NCBI GenBank assembly: GCA_035604385.1
Contig: DATNIO010000197.1
Span: 2,565 to 66,564 of the forward strand
Source: Verrucomicrobiia bacterium
Lineage (GTDB): Bacteria > Acidobacteriota > Terriglobia > Acidiferrales > UBA7541
DNA length: 64,000 bases
Reading direction: 5' to 3'
Shown here: positions 27,217 to 36,713 of the stretch, piece after piece
Layout of the letters: every line of letters begins with the position of its first letter
Position numbering within the stretch: the first letter of the stretch is position 1
The notes under the pieces: model-generated
The model's input: only the letters and a program-made list of their open reading frames with translations
What the model was told of the DNA's origin: nothing
The model's database searches: none
Position numbers and translations under genes: made by a program

Positions 27217-29409
27217 GTGCAGATGCGCCGAACCTCCCTTGAGGATCCGCGTTACTACATCAATCGCCACCTTTCCTGGCTGCAATTCAACCGCCGCGTA
27301 CTCGAAGAGGCCGCCGATGCGAACAATCCGTTGCTCGAACGCGTGAAGTTTTTGGCGATTACGGCGAGCAATCTGGACGAGTTTGTCGAAGTCCGCGTCG
27401 CCGGACTGCTCCAACAGGCAGAGCAAAGGCGCGGAGAAATCGGCCCCGATGGTGTCGCGCCGGGCGAATTGCTTCCGCAGCTTGCCGCGGAACTGCAAGA
27501 ATTTGTAAAGGACCAGTACACCTGCTGGAGAGAGGAACTCGTTCCGGGCCTCGCCGGCGAATCCGTTCGTGTGCGAAAGGTCAATGAACTGAAACTGGAT
27601 GCGAAGAAAGTCGTCGAGAAGTTTTATTCGGAACAAGTCGAGCCCCTTCTGACTCCGGTGACGGTGGACCCGGCCCATCCTTTTCCGCGCGTGTTGAATA
27701 AGGCGCTCTGCGTCGCATTCCTTTTGAGGCGGCGGCGGAAGGAATCCGATATCTATCTGGGAGTGGTGACCGTGCCGCGCGCGCTTCCCCGGCTTTTGCG
27801 CCTGCCCGCGGCCGAGGGCGCGATCGAATTCGCGTTCCTGCACGACATCGTGCACGCGTATTCGCAGCGCCTTTATCACGGCTACGAAATCCTCTCCGCC
27901 GCGCCGTTTCGCGTCACACGCAATAGCAATCTCTATCTGCGCGAGGAGGAATCGCGCAGCATTCTGGATTCGGTGGACACGCAACTCCATCTGCGCCGGA
28001 AAGGAGCCGCGGTCCGCCTGGAAATTGAGGAGGGCGCCGATCCTGAGATTATCGAGCGATTGCGGTCGAACTTCGCTCTGGCCGCCTGGCAAGTGTTCCA
28101 GGTTCACGGGCCCATCAATTTGTCTCGGCTCTTCAACCTCTACGACCAGACCCCGCGTCCGGATCTGAAGTTTCGGCCATTCACTCCGAAAGAGTTTCAC
28201 CTGAAGCCAGAATTCCAAAATATGTTTGAGCTCTTGCGGAAACACGACGTGCTGCTGCATCACCCGTACGATTCGTATTCCGCCGTCGTGCAGTTTATCG
28301 AGAGCGCGGTTCATGATCCCGACGTGCTTTCGATCAAGCAGACTCTGTACCGGACGAGTGAGGACTCACCGATCGTCCGGGCGTTGATGCGAGCAGCCGC
28401 CAAGAAGGAAGTGACCGTCGTGGTCGAACTGAAGGCGCGGTTTGACGAAGCATCCAACATCCGCTGGGCAAAAAATCTGCAGGAGGCCGGAGTGCAGGTG
28501 TACCACGGGCTGGTGGGGCTGAAGACACATTGCAAACTGGCCCTGCTAGTAAGGCGCGGCAAGGACGGCAAGGTGCGGCGCTATGCGCATCTGGGAACGG
28601 GCAATTACAATCCGTCGACGGCCCGCTTTTACACGGACTTAAGTCTATTCACTCACGACGCGAAAATCACGGAGGCCGTGCATCACGTTTTTAATTACCT
28701 TACGGCGTATTCCGAGCGGTCCCAGTATGGCCCGCTCTCCGTCGCGCCTCTCAACCTGGGGAAAAACTGCGTCAGTCTGATCGAGCGGGAAGCCGCGCAT
28801 GCGCGGGCGGGCAGCCCCGCGTTCATCGTCGCGAAAGTCAATTCTCTGCTCGACGAGAAAATCATTCAGGCGCTTTATGCCGCCTCGCAAGCGGGCGTCG
28901 ATATCGAATTGATTGTTCGCGGCGGCTGCGCGCTGCGCCCCGGCATTCGGGGGATGAGCAGCCGGATTCGTGTGCGAAGTATTGTGGGCCGCTTTTTGGA
29001 ACACAGCCGGATTTTCTTTTTTGCGAATGGAGGACAGCCCGAAGTGTATTTGGGTAGCGCCGATTGGATGCCGCGGAATCTCTACGAACGCGTCGAAGTG
29101 ATGTTCCGGTTGAAGGACCCGGCGCTGTGCCAGCAAGTTTGCAGCATGGTTCTCGCGCCCTATCTTGCCGACACGGAAAAGGCCCGGCTCCTCCAGCCGG
29201 ATGGAACCTACGCGAGGGCGCACAAAGCTCGAGGAAATTCTCGATCGCGGAATGGCATGCGGTTCAGCGTTCAGGAATTCTTGATGAGGCTGTCTGAAGA
29301 CCGGGGAGTTGGGCAAGAAGCTCTTGGTCTGGCGCCCATTTTGAAGCTGCGAAGCTCGCCGATGTTTGAGATGCTGTTAAAGAGCTGGCACGAAACACAC
29401 GAAGCTTAG
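27217..29409 (+). CDS. ppk1: polyphosphate kinase 1
   Basis: 730 aa. YINRHLSWLQFNRRVLEEA, ERVKFLAI, two PLD-like HKD regions (GLVGLKTHCKLALLVRR; IVGRFLEHSRIFFF). Alternative ATG at 27223. Confidence 0.93.
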   Translation: MQMRRTSLEDPRYYINRHLSWLQFNRRVLEEAADANNPLLERVKFLAITASNLDEFVEVRVAGLLQQAEQRRGEIGPDGVAPGELLPQLAAELQEFVKDQYTCWREELVPGLAGESVRVRKVNELKLDAKKVVEKFYSEQVEPLLTPVTVDPAHPFPRVLNKALCVAFLLRRRRKESDIYLGVVTVPRALPRLLRLPAAEGAIEFAFLHDIVHAYSQRLYHGYEILSAAPFRVTRNSNLYLREEESRSILDSVDTQLHLRRKGAAVRLEIEEGADPEIIERLRSNFALAAWQVFQVHGPINLSRLFNLYDQTPRPDLKFRPFTPKEFHLKPEFQNMFELLRKHDVLLHHPYDSYSAVVQFIESAVHDPDVLSIKQTLYRTSEDSPIVRALMRAAAKKEVTVVVELKARFDEASNIRWAKNLQEAGVQVYHGLVGLKTHCKLALLVRRGKDGKVRRYAHLGTGNYNPSTARFYTDLSLFTHDAKITEAVHHVFNYLTAYSERSQYGPLSVAPLNLGKNCVSLIEREAAHARAGSPAFIVAKVNSLLDEKIIQALYAASQAGVDIELIVRGGCALRPGIRGMSSRIRVRSIVGRFLEHSRIFFFANGGQPEVYLGSADWMPRNLYERVEVMFRLKDPALCQQVCSMVLAPYLADTEKARLLQPDGTYARAHKARGNSRSRNGMRFSVQEFLMRLSEDRGVGQEALGLAPILKLRSSPMFEMLLKSWHETHEA

Positions 29410-29888
29410 ATCTTCATCCGAGGATTTCTTTTCCGCTGCAGCGTCAAGAACACCGACATAGCGTTTGGCGGCATAATTGACGTTTGAGGCTGAGGTCGAC
29501 GGGCAGAGTCGGCAGCACATAGTCAAAACCTCCCATCCTGCGCGAGGCGCGAAGGATGGGACACCCACGGAAATCATTTCAAAGGATAAGGCTGGGCCTA
29601 GCTCACGCGAGGATTACGGCTTTTTTTCCACCGCATCTCTGACGATTCGTGGAGCGGCTTGGCTCACGACGATGCGCTCAGCTTTATTCTTCTTCGGTTT
29701 CTTTTTTTCGCGTCTTGGTGCGTCTTTGTTTCCCATGATTGCAGCTTGCCACGGATTGCCGCTTTTGGCTAGAGCCAATGAAGTTCCAGCCCCAACCTCT
29801 CCGAGGGATTCGTAGCCTTTAGCCGGAAATGTCAGGTAAGATCACCTATCCGGTACCATCGCGGGGAGTACGTCGGGGCGGAGGTGCC

Positions 29889-32123
29889 ATGCTCACCAAG
29901 TGGTCATTCACATCTGTCTCGCTTTGCCTGTTTTCGGCTCTGTTGGTTGCAGGCCGAGTTGCGTCTCAGTCCGCTCAGCCTGCGCCGGCGGCACAGCAGG
30001 CCGCAGCACAGCAGCCGGCGTCCGGGCAGTCGGGCTATGTGTTGAAGGTGACCACGCGGCTCGTGACGCTCGACCTCATCGCTATCGATTCTCACGGCAA
30101 TCCCGTGCGCGATCTCAAGCCAGAGGATTTGCAAATCTTTGAGGAGCACAAAGCACAGCAAAAGATCGAGCATTTTGAATATTTTGAAAAGCTGGGCGGA
30201 ACTGGCGCGCCGGGCAACCCCAATTCCTCTACTCGCAAACCGGCGAACGTGCTATCCAATCAATTCCCGCTCGATCAGTTGAAGATCCCTCCGACGGTAG
30301 TGTTGATGGACAGTCTGAACACTCAAACATCCAACCAGCAGCAGGGGCGGGCTCACATGCTCCAGTTATTAAGGACCCTTCCGCCGGACACTCCGGTTGC
30401 GGTTTTTCTCCTGGGAAGTTCCTTGAGAATCTTGCAGGGGTTTACCAGTGACGGGAGGCTCCTGCGGGCCGCGCTGGATCGGGCAGTGGCGGGGGCCACG
30501 GTGGAACAGGACCCGCTCCTAGACACCCAAAACACTTCCAGCAACATACAGAATACGGCCGCCGATATAGTCGGGAACCTGGGCCTGCAGAGCCAGTTGG
30601 GCGAGGTCCAGAATTTTGAGAAGGAAGAGTATGCGATGACGGTCGATCTCCGGGCGAAGGAAACTCTCGGCGCGATGGCCCAGATTGGGCAGTACCTCAG
30701 CGGGATCCAAGGCCGCAAGAATTTGATTTGGGTTTCGGAATCATTTCCGTTTTCCATCGCGCCCGACCCGGACACAGGTAACAATCCGTTTGCGGGCCTC
30801 CGGAGTTACGCCGATCAAGTCAAACTCGTTGCGAATGCTCTCACGGATGTCCAAGTGGCCGTATATCCCTTGGATGTTCGCGGGCTCCAAGCGAATCAGT
30901 CTTTATCGGCTTCCCAGAACATAAATCTTCCCCAGTCGCGGATGACCGGGCCTGCGATTGCCGGCCGGTTGAACCAAGAGGACACCGATCTGCTGCAAGC
31001 TCAAGGGACCATGGAGGAGCTTGCCCTAGACACCGGCGGCAAGGCGTGCAAGAACAGCAATGACCTGTCCGGCTGTTTGATGACGGCCCTGAAAGACAGT
31101 TCCTCGTATTACGAAATGTCGTTCTACCCGCAGAAGGTGAATTGGGATGGGCGTTTTCACAAGATTGTCGTGAAGACATCGCGGCCGGGGGTAAAGCTTA
31201 CCTATCGCCGCGGTTACTATGCGCTGGATGCGTCTGCGCTCGCCAAGAAACAGCAGCCGGAGGATCATCTGCGGCAGGCGTGCGCCGATCAATTGCCCTC
31301 CACAACCATCCCACTGACAGTGCAAAGCCTGCCTCCCGGCGCAGCCGGAAATTCGCAAGGCGGCCTCCAATATATGGTCTTGATTTCCGCGGCGGGGCTG
31401 GGCGCCGTTCAAGGCGACAATTCCTACAGCCTGAATATCAGGATGGCCGACTGCGAGTTTGCCCAGAAGAATACGATTTTCAAATTCAATGATAGGGAAT
31501 TGACGAAAACTATTTCTGCCGACTTGTTCCGGAGTTGGCAGTCTACCGGCATTCCCGAACACGTGGCCTTGATGCCGGCCGCGGACACTCGGAGAATCCG
31601 CTTGGTGGTTCTCGATGTCTCCTCGGGTCTGACCGGCGCCATCGACATTCCCGTGCTCCCTTCGGAAATTGCGATGGCCACGGCGTCTATCCCGCCACCG
31701 GCGCCTGTCGTGACAACTCCATATTTGGAATTGCCGGACAAAGTGAAAGCGCCTTCGCCTCCCAAGGTGGTGGCGTCTCTGACATTCCATTTGAATTCCG
31801 GCGCTTCCGGAACCCTCGATTGGAGCGGCGATAGCCTGCTCTATCATCCAGAAGGTGAAATGCCCCTGGACCAGGCTGCTAAGGGGTTTTCCAGCTACGC
31901 ATTCGGGGGTCGATTTCACTGCCAGGACGGGCATTTTGTTGCCGTGGACTCGGCGGATGGCGATCCGGCGCTGCAGTTCACGTTTCACAACCACAGCGGA
32001 AAGTTGGTCGTTGTGGACCTGAAGGGCGAGCAGCCCGTCTATCTGGGCGACCTTCCCGTCGATCCCAGCGCGCAATCGCTCTTCGATCAGGTGTGGAAGT
32101 CGAGCCACTGCCAAGAGCAATAG
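29889..32123 (+). CDS. VWFA-related (TIGR03436-like) secreted protein
   Basis: ATG 29889 with a GGAGG RBS. Signal peptide. VTTRLVTLDLIAIDSHGNPVRDLKPEDLQIFEEHKAQQKIEHFEY is the characteristic acidobacterial VWFA-related N-terminal module. Confidence 0.75.
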   Translation: MLTKWSFTSVSLCLFSALLVAGRVASQSAQPAPAAQQAAAQQPASGQSGYVLKVTTRLVTLDLIAIDSHGNPVRDLKPEDLQIFEEHKAQQKIEHFEYFEKLGGTGAPGNPNSSTRKPANVLSNQFPLDQLKIPPTVVLMDSLNTQTSNQQQGRAHMLQLLRTLPPDTPVAVFLLGSSLRILQGFTSDGRLLRAALDRAVAGATVEQDPLLDTQNTSSNIQNTAADIVGNLGLQSQLGEVQNFEKEEYAMTVDLRAKETLGAMAQIGQYLSGIQGRKNLIWVSESFPFSIAPDPDTGNNPFAGLRSYADQVKLVANALTDVQVAVYPLDVRGLQANQSLSASQNINLPQSRMTGPAIAGRLNQEDTDLLQAQGTMEELALDTGGKACKNSNDLSGCLMTALKDSSSYYEMSFYPQKVNWDGRFHKIVVKTSRPGVKLTYRRGYYALDASALAKKQQPEDHLRQACADQLPSTTIPLTVQSLPPGAAGNSQGGLQYMVLISAAGLGAVQGDNSYSLNIRMADCEFAQKNTIFKFNDRELTKTISADLFRSWQSTGIPEHVALMPAADTRRIRLVVLDVSSGLTGAIDIPVLPSEIAMATASIPPPAPVVTTPYLELPDKVKAPSPPKVVASLTFHLNSGASGTLDWSGDSLLYHPEGEMPLDQAAKGFSSYAFGGRFHCQDGHFVAVDSADGDPALQFTFHNHSGKLVVVDLKGEQPVYLGDLPVDPSAQSLFDQVWKSSHCQEQ

Positions 32124-32137
32124 AGTTCTTCCGTCCC

Positions 32138-32197
32138 GGGAACGCCAATCTCCCGATTGGCGATGCTCACGACGCCATTCAGGAGAATGGCGTTCCC
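32138..32197. repeat. composite palindromic element downstream of the VWFA gene
   Basis: Two local hairpins (cgccaatc-tccc-gattggcg at 32143-32162; cgccattc-agga-gaatggcg at 32172-32191). They are enclosed by an outer 10-bp pairing gggaacgcca/tggcgttccc. Confidence 0.8.
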
Positions 32198-32259
32198 AGG
32201 ACTCTTCACTACGATCCGTCATTGAATCTCGTGAGAAATGCGGGCTAGAATCGCGATCT

Positions 32260-33072
32260 GTGGCCTCCGAAGCCGAGATTCGCCTGGGCACGTCCGCGTT
32301 CACCGCGGCCGGCTGGGAAGGCAGTTTCTACCCGGCCGGGATGAAACCTGCCGAGTTCCTGAGCTACTACGCCACAAAATTCGATACTGTGGAAGTGGAC
32401 AGCACGTTCTACCGCACGCCAGCGATTTCAACCGTAAAGGGCTGGTATGCGAAAACTCCACCGGGATTTTTATTTGCGGCGAAGGTGCCGCAAATCATCA
32501 CACACGAGAAAGCGCTGGTGGACTGCGACGAGGATTTCCGCCTCTTCCTGAAGGCGATGGACTCGCTCGGCGAAAAACTGGGCCCCTTGCTCTTGCAATT
32601 CGGATATTTCAATAAGAACGCGTTCGCCGGAGTGAACGAATTCCTGGCGCGCCTCGTGCCGTTTCTAAAAAAGATCCCCAAGGGCTACCGTTTTGCAGTA
32701 GAAATCCGGAACAAGAATTGGCTCGTGCCTGCATTGATCGAGGCGTTGAGAGAACGCCATGTCGCTCTCGCGCTCGTGGATCACGTGTGGATGCCGCGCC
32801 CCAGGCAGCTTTTCGACCGTTTCGACCCAATCACGGCGGATTTTGCCTATGTGCGCTGGCTCGGCGACCGGAAAGGAATCGAGGAAAAGACGAAAACGTG
32901 GAACAAGATCATCGTGAACCGGACGGCGGACCTGGGCGAGTGGGTCGAGGTGCTAAAGAAAGTTCACGAGCGGAAAATTCAGATCCTCGCGTTCGCCAAC
33001 AATCACTATGCGGGGTACGGCCCCGGCACGATTGAAGAGTTTAGAGGGCTGTGGCGGCGCGCAAGCCGGTAA
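32260..33072 (+). CDS. DUF72 (UPF0759) family protein
   Basis: IRLGTSAFTAAGWEGSFYPAGMKPAEFLSYYATKFDTVEVDSTFYRTP is a textbook DUF72 N-terminus. GTG start. Confidence 0.8.
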   Translation: MASEAEIRLGTSAFTAAGWEGSFYPAGMKPAEFLSYYATKFDTVEVDSTFYRTPAISTVKGWYAKTPPGFLFAAKVPQIITHEKALVDCDEDFRLFLKAMDSLGEKLGPLLLQFGYFNKNAFAGVNEFLARLVPFLKKIPKGYRFAVEIRNKNWLVPALIEALRERHVALALVDHVWMPRPRQLFDRFDPITADFAYVRWLGDRKGIEEKTKTWNKIIVNRTADLGEWVEVLKKVHERKIQILAFANNHYAGYGPGTIEEFRGLWRRASR

Positions 33073-33126
33073 AAATTCTGATCGGCGAAATGGAATTCAT
33101 AGGATCAACGGGGGAACTCAGGTTTT

Positions 33127-33203
33127 CGTGGCGCCGGCGTCCCGCCGGCGGTTTTTCCGATCTCAAAACATCACAAAAACGCCGGCGGGACGCCGGCGCC
33201 ACG
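33127..33203. repeat. perfect 24-bp inverted repeat between convergent genes, 29-nt spacer
   Basis: Arm 'cgtggcgccggcgtcccgccggcg' (33127-33150) is the exact reverse complement of 33180-33203. Each arm contains a sub-hairpin gccggcg-tcc-cgccggc. Confidence 0.9.
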
Positions 33204-33270
33204 AGAAGTCGCGCGCCGGACTGAATGCCTGGCGGGACGGTAATCCTCAATCCTGGAAGTCAATTTCAGA

Positions 33271-34632
33271 TCAATGCGATAAGGCTGATTCCTCGACCAT
33301 CCCGGCGTTCTGTTGCTCGGCAGGCAAATTGGTGCGCAGCCGCAGGCTCGTGAAGGTTGCGGCCGCGGCGCACAGGGCGGGAATCGATCCGGCAAGTAAA
33401 ATTTCGCGCGGGCTCCAATCCAGTTTCAACATCACGCCGCCCAGGATGGGGCCCACAATCGAACCGATGCGTCCGACGCCGAGGCACCAGCCGATTCCCG
33501 TGGACCGGATCGAAATCGGGTAGAACGTGGCGGCGACCGCTGACAATCCTCCCTGTGCGCCCTGCACCACGAATCCCAGAACGAACGTGATCGTCATCAT
33601 GAGCGGAAATGAAGTCGAGTACGCCAGCGAAGCGATGAGCAGTGTGGTGCAGAGGAACTCCGTCAGCAAGACCGGGAACGCGCCCCAGCGGTTCATCAAA
33701 TTTCCCTCGACGAAGGATCCCGCAATGCCTCCGACGCTGAACAACATGATCGCCGTCATCCCCGCGGTAACCGGCTTGCCGGTTTGGCGAAGCAGTGCGG
33801 GCAGCCAGAACACGACGAAATACAGCATCAAAAGATTCATGAAGAAGGGAATCCACAGCAGAATCGTTCCGGCTGCGCGGCCTTGGGTGAACAGGTTGAT
33901 GACCGGAGCGTTTCTGCGCTGATCCTGATGCTCGGAGGGGGAGATCGGCGCTGCCGCAAGCTCTGGCGAAATTCGCGCCAGAATTTTTGAGATTTTTCGC
34001 TGGTTCGCGCCGGACACTTCTAGGTAGCGCACCGATTCCGGCAGGATCGCGATCAGGAGCAGGGCAAGACTGAGCGGCAGGACTCCTCCCGCGTAGAAGA
34101 CCGATTGCCAGCCCCATCGGGGAAGCATCACCGCGCTCACCTGAGTGCCCAGCACGGCCCCGGTGGGCATTCCGCAAAACATAATGCTCACGATCACGGC
34201 GAGCAGGCGCTTTGGCGCGTACTCGGACATCAGCGCCACGGAATTGGATAGCGCGCCACCCAGGCCGAGTCCTGTCAGGAATCGGAACGCGAGCAATTGG
34301 TCAAAGGAAGTGCAACGTGCGGTGAGCATGGCGAAGGTTCCGAAGATCAATGTACAAGCGACGATCGGCCATTTTCGTCCCCACCGATCGGCGATCGGGC
34401 CGGACAACATGGAAGAGATCATCAAACCAACGAGCGCCGCGGCGAATATGGGGCCGAAGGTTTTTACCGGGACGCGCAGGGTATCGGCCATGGAAGGCGC
34501 GAGAAAACCTATGCTCTGCGTATCAAAGCCGTCGAGCACGATGACCATGCCGCACAGAGCCATGGTCCAGATCTGATAACGGCCCATGGGCCGCCGGTCG
34601 ATGATTTCGCTGACAGTCGGAGCCCGTTCCAT
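33271..34632 (-). CDS. MFS transporter, aromatic acid:H+ symporter (AAHS)-like
   Basis: 12-TM profile. GPIADRWGRKW (MFS motif A). General similarity to PcaK/MhpT-type transporters. ATG 34632 preferred over GTG 34653. Confidence 0.8.
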   Translation of the reverse strand: MERAPTVSEIIDRRPMGRYQIWTMALCGMVIVLDGFDTQSIGFLAPSMADTLRVPVKTFGPIFAAALVGLMISSMLSGPIADRWGRKWPIVACTLIFGTFAMLTARCTSFDQLLAFRFLTGLGLGGALSNSVALMSEYAPKRLLAVIVSIMFCGMPTGAVLGTQVSAVMLPRWGWQSVFYAGGVLPLSLALLLIAILPESVRYLEVSGANQRKISKILARISPELAAAPISPSEHQDQRRNAPVINLFTQGRAAGTILLWIPFFMNLLMLYFVVFWLPALLRQTGKPVTAGMTAIMLFSVGGIAGSFVEGNLMNRWGAFPVLLTEFLCTTLLIASLAYSTSFPLMMTITFVLGFVVQGAQGGLSAVAATFYPISIRSTGIGWCLGVGRIGSIVGPILGGVMLKLDWSPREILLAGSIPALCAAAATFTSLRLRTNLPAEQQNAGMVEESALSH

Positions 34633-34759
34633 GCAGTCTCCCGGGGCGTTCACCGTGCAAGTGCGATTGTGAAGGAAGAATACTACTGTTTCACGGAGAT
34701 GTACTAGCGGGACTCTCGGACACCGTATGCAAATCTATGCGCTGAGTCTCGGGCTTGGT

Positions 34760-35545
34760 TCAATTCTGTCCCACGCTCCGAACCTTGAGCAGGCGGGCTC
34801 CGGGAACGGTCTCCAGGAAGGTCCGGTCCGCCAGTGCTTCTTCCAAATTTCTTCGGGTTAACCGGGAATGTTCGCGGGCCAGGCTTTCCGCGCGCGCTCC
34901 CTCCCGGTGCTCGATGGCATCGATGAGCGCCCGGTGATGCTCTTCCGCGATAGGGAGGATTTCCCTCGATCCGGGCAATGTTTTGGGCAGAAGCGTGCGA
35001 GAGCTTGGGGAAACAAACGGGAGCCTGTAGATTTGCTCGATGGCGCGGCGAAGGATTTGATTGTTGGCGAGGTCCAGGATGGCGTCATGGAAAGCTTTGT
35101 TCAAATCGAGGTAGTGGGTGAAACTTTCGAGATTTATGTCCGAAATTTCTTCCATGGCGCGATTGATCTTGCGCAGGGGTTCCAGTTGAGCGGGATTGTT
35201 CAAACGTTCGGCCGCAAGCCTGGCGGCAGCGCCTTCCAGGATGCCTCGGGTCTCGATCGCGTCCCAGATATCGGAAATGCTGAACTCGCTCGCGGCAAAA
35301 CCGGTATGGGGCAGCGCTTTGACGAGGCCTTCGTGCTCCAATCTCTCGAAAGCCAGGCGCAACGGCGTGCGGGAAACGCCGAGCTTCGCGGACAAGGGAA
35401 TTTCGGGAATTCGCTGGCCAGGCCGCAACGCGCCGCGGAGCAGCATATCCCGCAGCCCCAGCGTGGCGCGGGACACTTGCGAGGCGCTGTCCCGGAGTGT
35501 CTTCGTGTCACCGATTGCCTGCGCGCGAACCGCAGCTCGCTTCAT
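34760..35545 (-). CDS. GntR family (FadR/FCD subfamily) transcriptional regulator
   Basis: Start trimmed to ATG 35545. wHTH LRPGQRIPEIPLSAKLGVSRTPLRLAFERLEHEGLV followed by an all-helical FCD-like domain. Confidence 0.8.
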   Translation of the reverse strand: MKRAAVRAQAIGDTKTLRDSASQVSRATLGLRDMLLRGALRPGQRIPEIPLSAKLGVSRTPLRLAFERLEHEGLVKALPHTGFAASEFSISDIWDAIETRGILEGAAARLAAERLNNPAQLEPLRKINRAMEEISDINLESFTHYLDLNKAFHDAILDLANNQILRRAIEQIYRLPFVSPSSRTLLPKTLPGSREILPIAEEHHRALIDAIEHREGARAESLAREHSRLTRRNLEEALADRTFLETVPGARLLKVRSVGQN

Positions 35546-35604
35546 AAATGTAGCTCCATAAAAATTCTTGGGGATGAAATAACGCCGCCAGCGCTTCCGG
35601 GCAC

Positions 35605-35619
35605 CTTGGTACCACCAAG
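35605..35619. promoter_or_regulatory. candidate GntR-type operator (CTTGGT-acc-ACCAAG)
   Basis: Perfect 6-3-6 inverted repeat 60 nt upstream of the GntR start. It contains the GT-N-AC core typical of GntR-family operators. A second 6-3-6 palindrome, atatgg-caa-ccatat, lies at 35675-35689. Confidence 0.3.
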
Positions 35620-35750
35620 CGCGCGCAGCGACAACAAAATAATTCGTACTGGCCGGGATATCTAGATTTAAATGATATGGCAACCATATTTGATTAGAAA
35701 TTTTTTGGAAGCGCAGTCAGCCCCCGACGCTTTCCACTTCATTCCCGCCG

Positions 35751-36533
35751 CTACGGAACGATGGCGATGGCTTCCCGATTCATGCCGAAATTGGCGCTCC
35801 CCGGATCCAGGGCGAGCACTTGCAATTCCATCGGTCCCGGCGCGATGACGGGTACGTCCACGTGAAACGTGTTTTGCACTCCCGCATACGTCATCGGGAT
35901 TTCAGACTCCACTTTGCCGTTCCGGAGGAGCCGCGCGACCACGCGGATCTTGTTGGCGTCCCACAGGCCGTCAGGCTCCGTCGGACAACCGCAGGCCATC
36001 GTCACGGTGGCGCGCACTTCAAACGGCGATCCTGCCTTGACCTTGGCATCCGGCAGCGGCGCAAGCGGCGTTATGATAAAACCGTGAATCTCCAGCAGAA
36101 TCCCTTCGCCCAGCACATCTTCGCCGGGCACCAATAGAAGAGTTTTCGACGACCGTTGCGTGGCTTGCGCGTTGCCGAGCGGCCCTTCCGCCGACACTTC
36201 CACGACGGTCGGCTTATCCAGATGCAGCACGGCCAGATAGCCGGATGTGTCCCCGGCACTGAAGACTGTCATCCCGCGCGTGTGCGGCTTTTTCATGATC
36301 ACGTCCGTATCGCCCGTCCCGCCTTGTTCCATTCCCTGCGCGAGGATTTCTCCCGTGGCGACATCCCGGACGGTGATCCGCGCACCACCCACGTGCGTTC
36401 CAATGACTTTGGCGTCGCGCGCGATCGCGCGAATCATGATCTTGGTTTCCTTACCGCCGGTTTGAGCAAAGAGAGGGGAAACAAGAATGAGAATGGCGAA
36501 CGCAACCGCACTAAACAACCCTCGAGTCTTCAT
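35751..36533 (-). CDS. hypothetical secreted protein
   Basis: Start trimmed to ATG 36533. Signal peptide MKTRGLFSAVAFAILILVSPLFAQ. Beta-rich. No motif recognised. Confidence 0.55.
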   Translation of the reverse strand: MKTRGLFSAVAFAILILVSPLFAQTGGKETKIMIRAIARDAKVIGTHVGGARITVRDVATGEILAQGMEQGGTGDTDVIMKKPHTRGMTVFSAGDTSGYLAVLHLDKPTVVEVSAEGPLGNAQATQRSSKTLLLVPGEDVLGEGILLEIHGFIITPLAPLPDAKVKAGSPFEVRATVTMACGCPTEPDGLWDANKIRVVARLLRNGKVESEIPMTYAGVQNTFHVDVPVIAPGPMELQVLALDPGSANFGMNREAIAIVP

Positions 36534-36713
36534 CGATGGCCTCCGTTGATGGGACAAAACATACCACATTTCCGGGCAGATCGATGGTGACTGATTGCCG
36601 AGGTGCCTCCTGCGTCGCACGGTGGACGGCCCGCAATAGACGAGCGTATGATTTAGGCCAGTCGGAAATCGCACGGACGTTTTTGAACCGCTGCGACCAA
36701 AGGAGAAAAATCC

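Noticed and set aside
29477-29815. 112-aa plus-strand ORF in the ppk1-VWFA spacer
   Set aside because: It passes through a repeat copy (29535-29575) and a poly-T/poly-A tract. No start context and no motifs. The opposite-strand 40-aa lysine-rich ORF is reported separately at low confidence.
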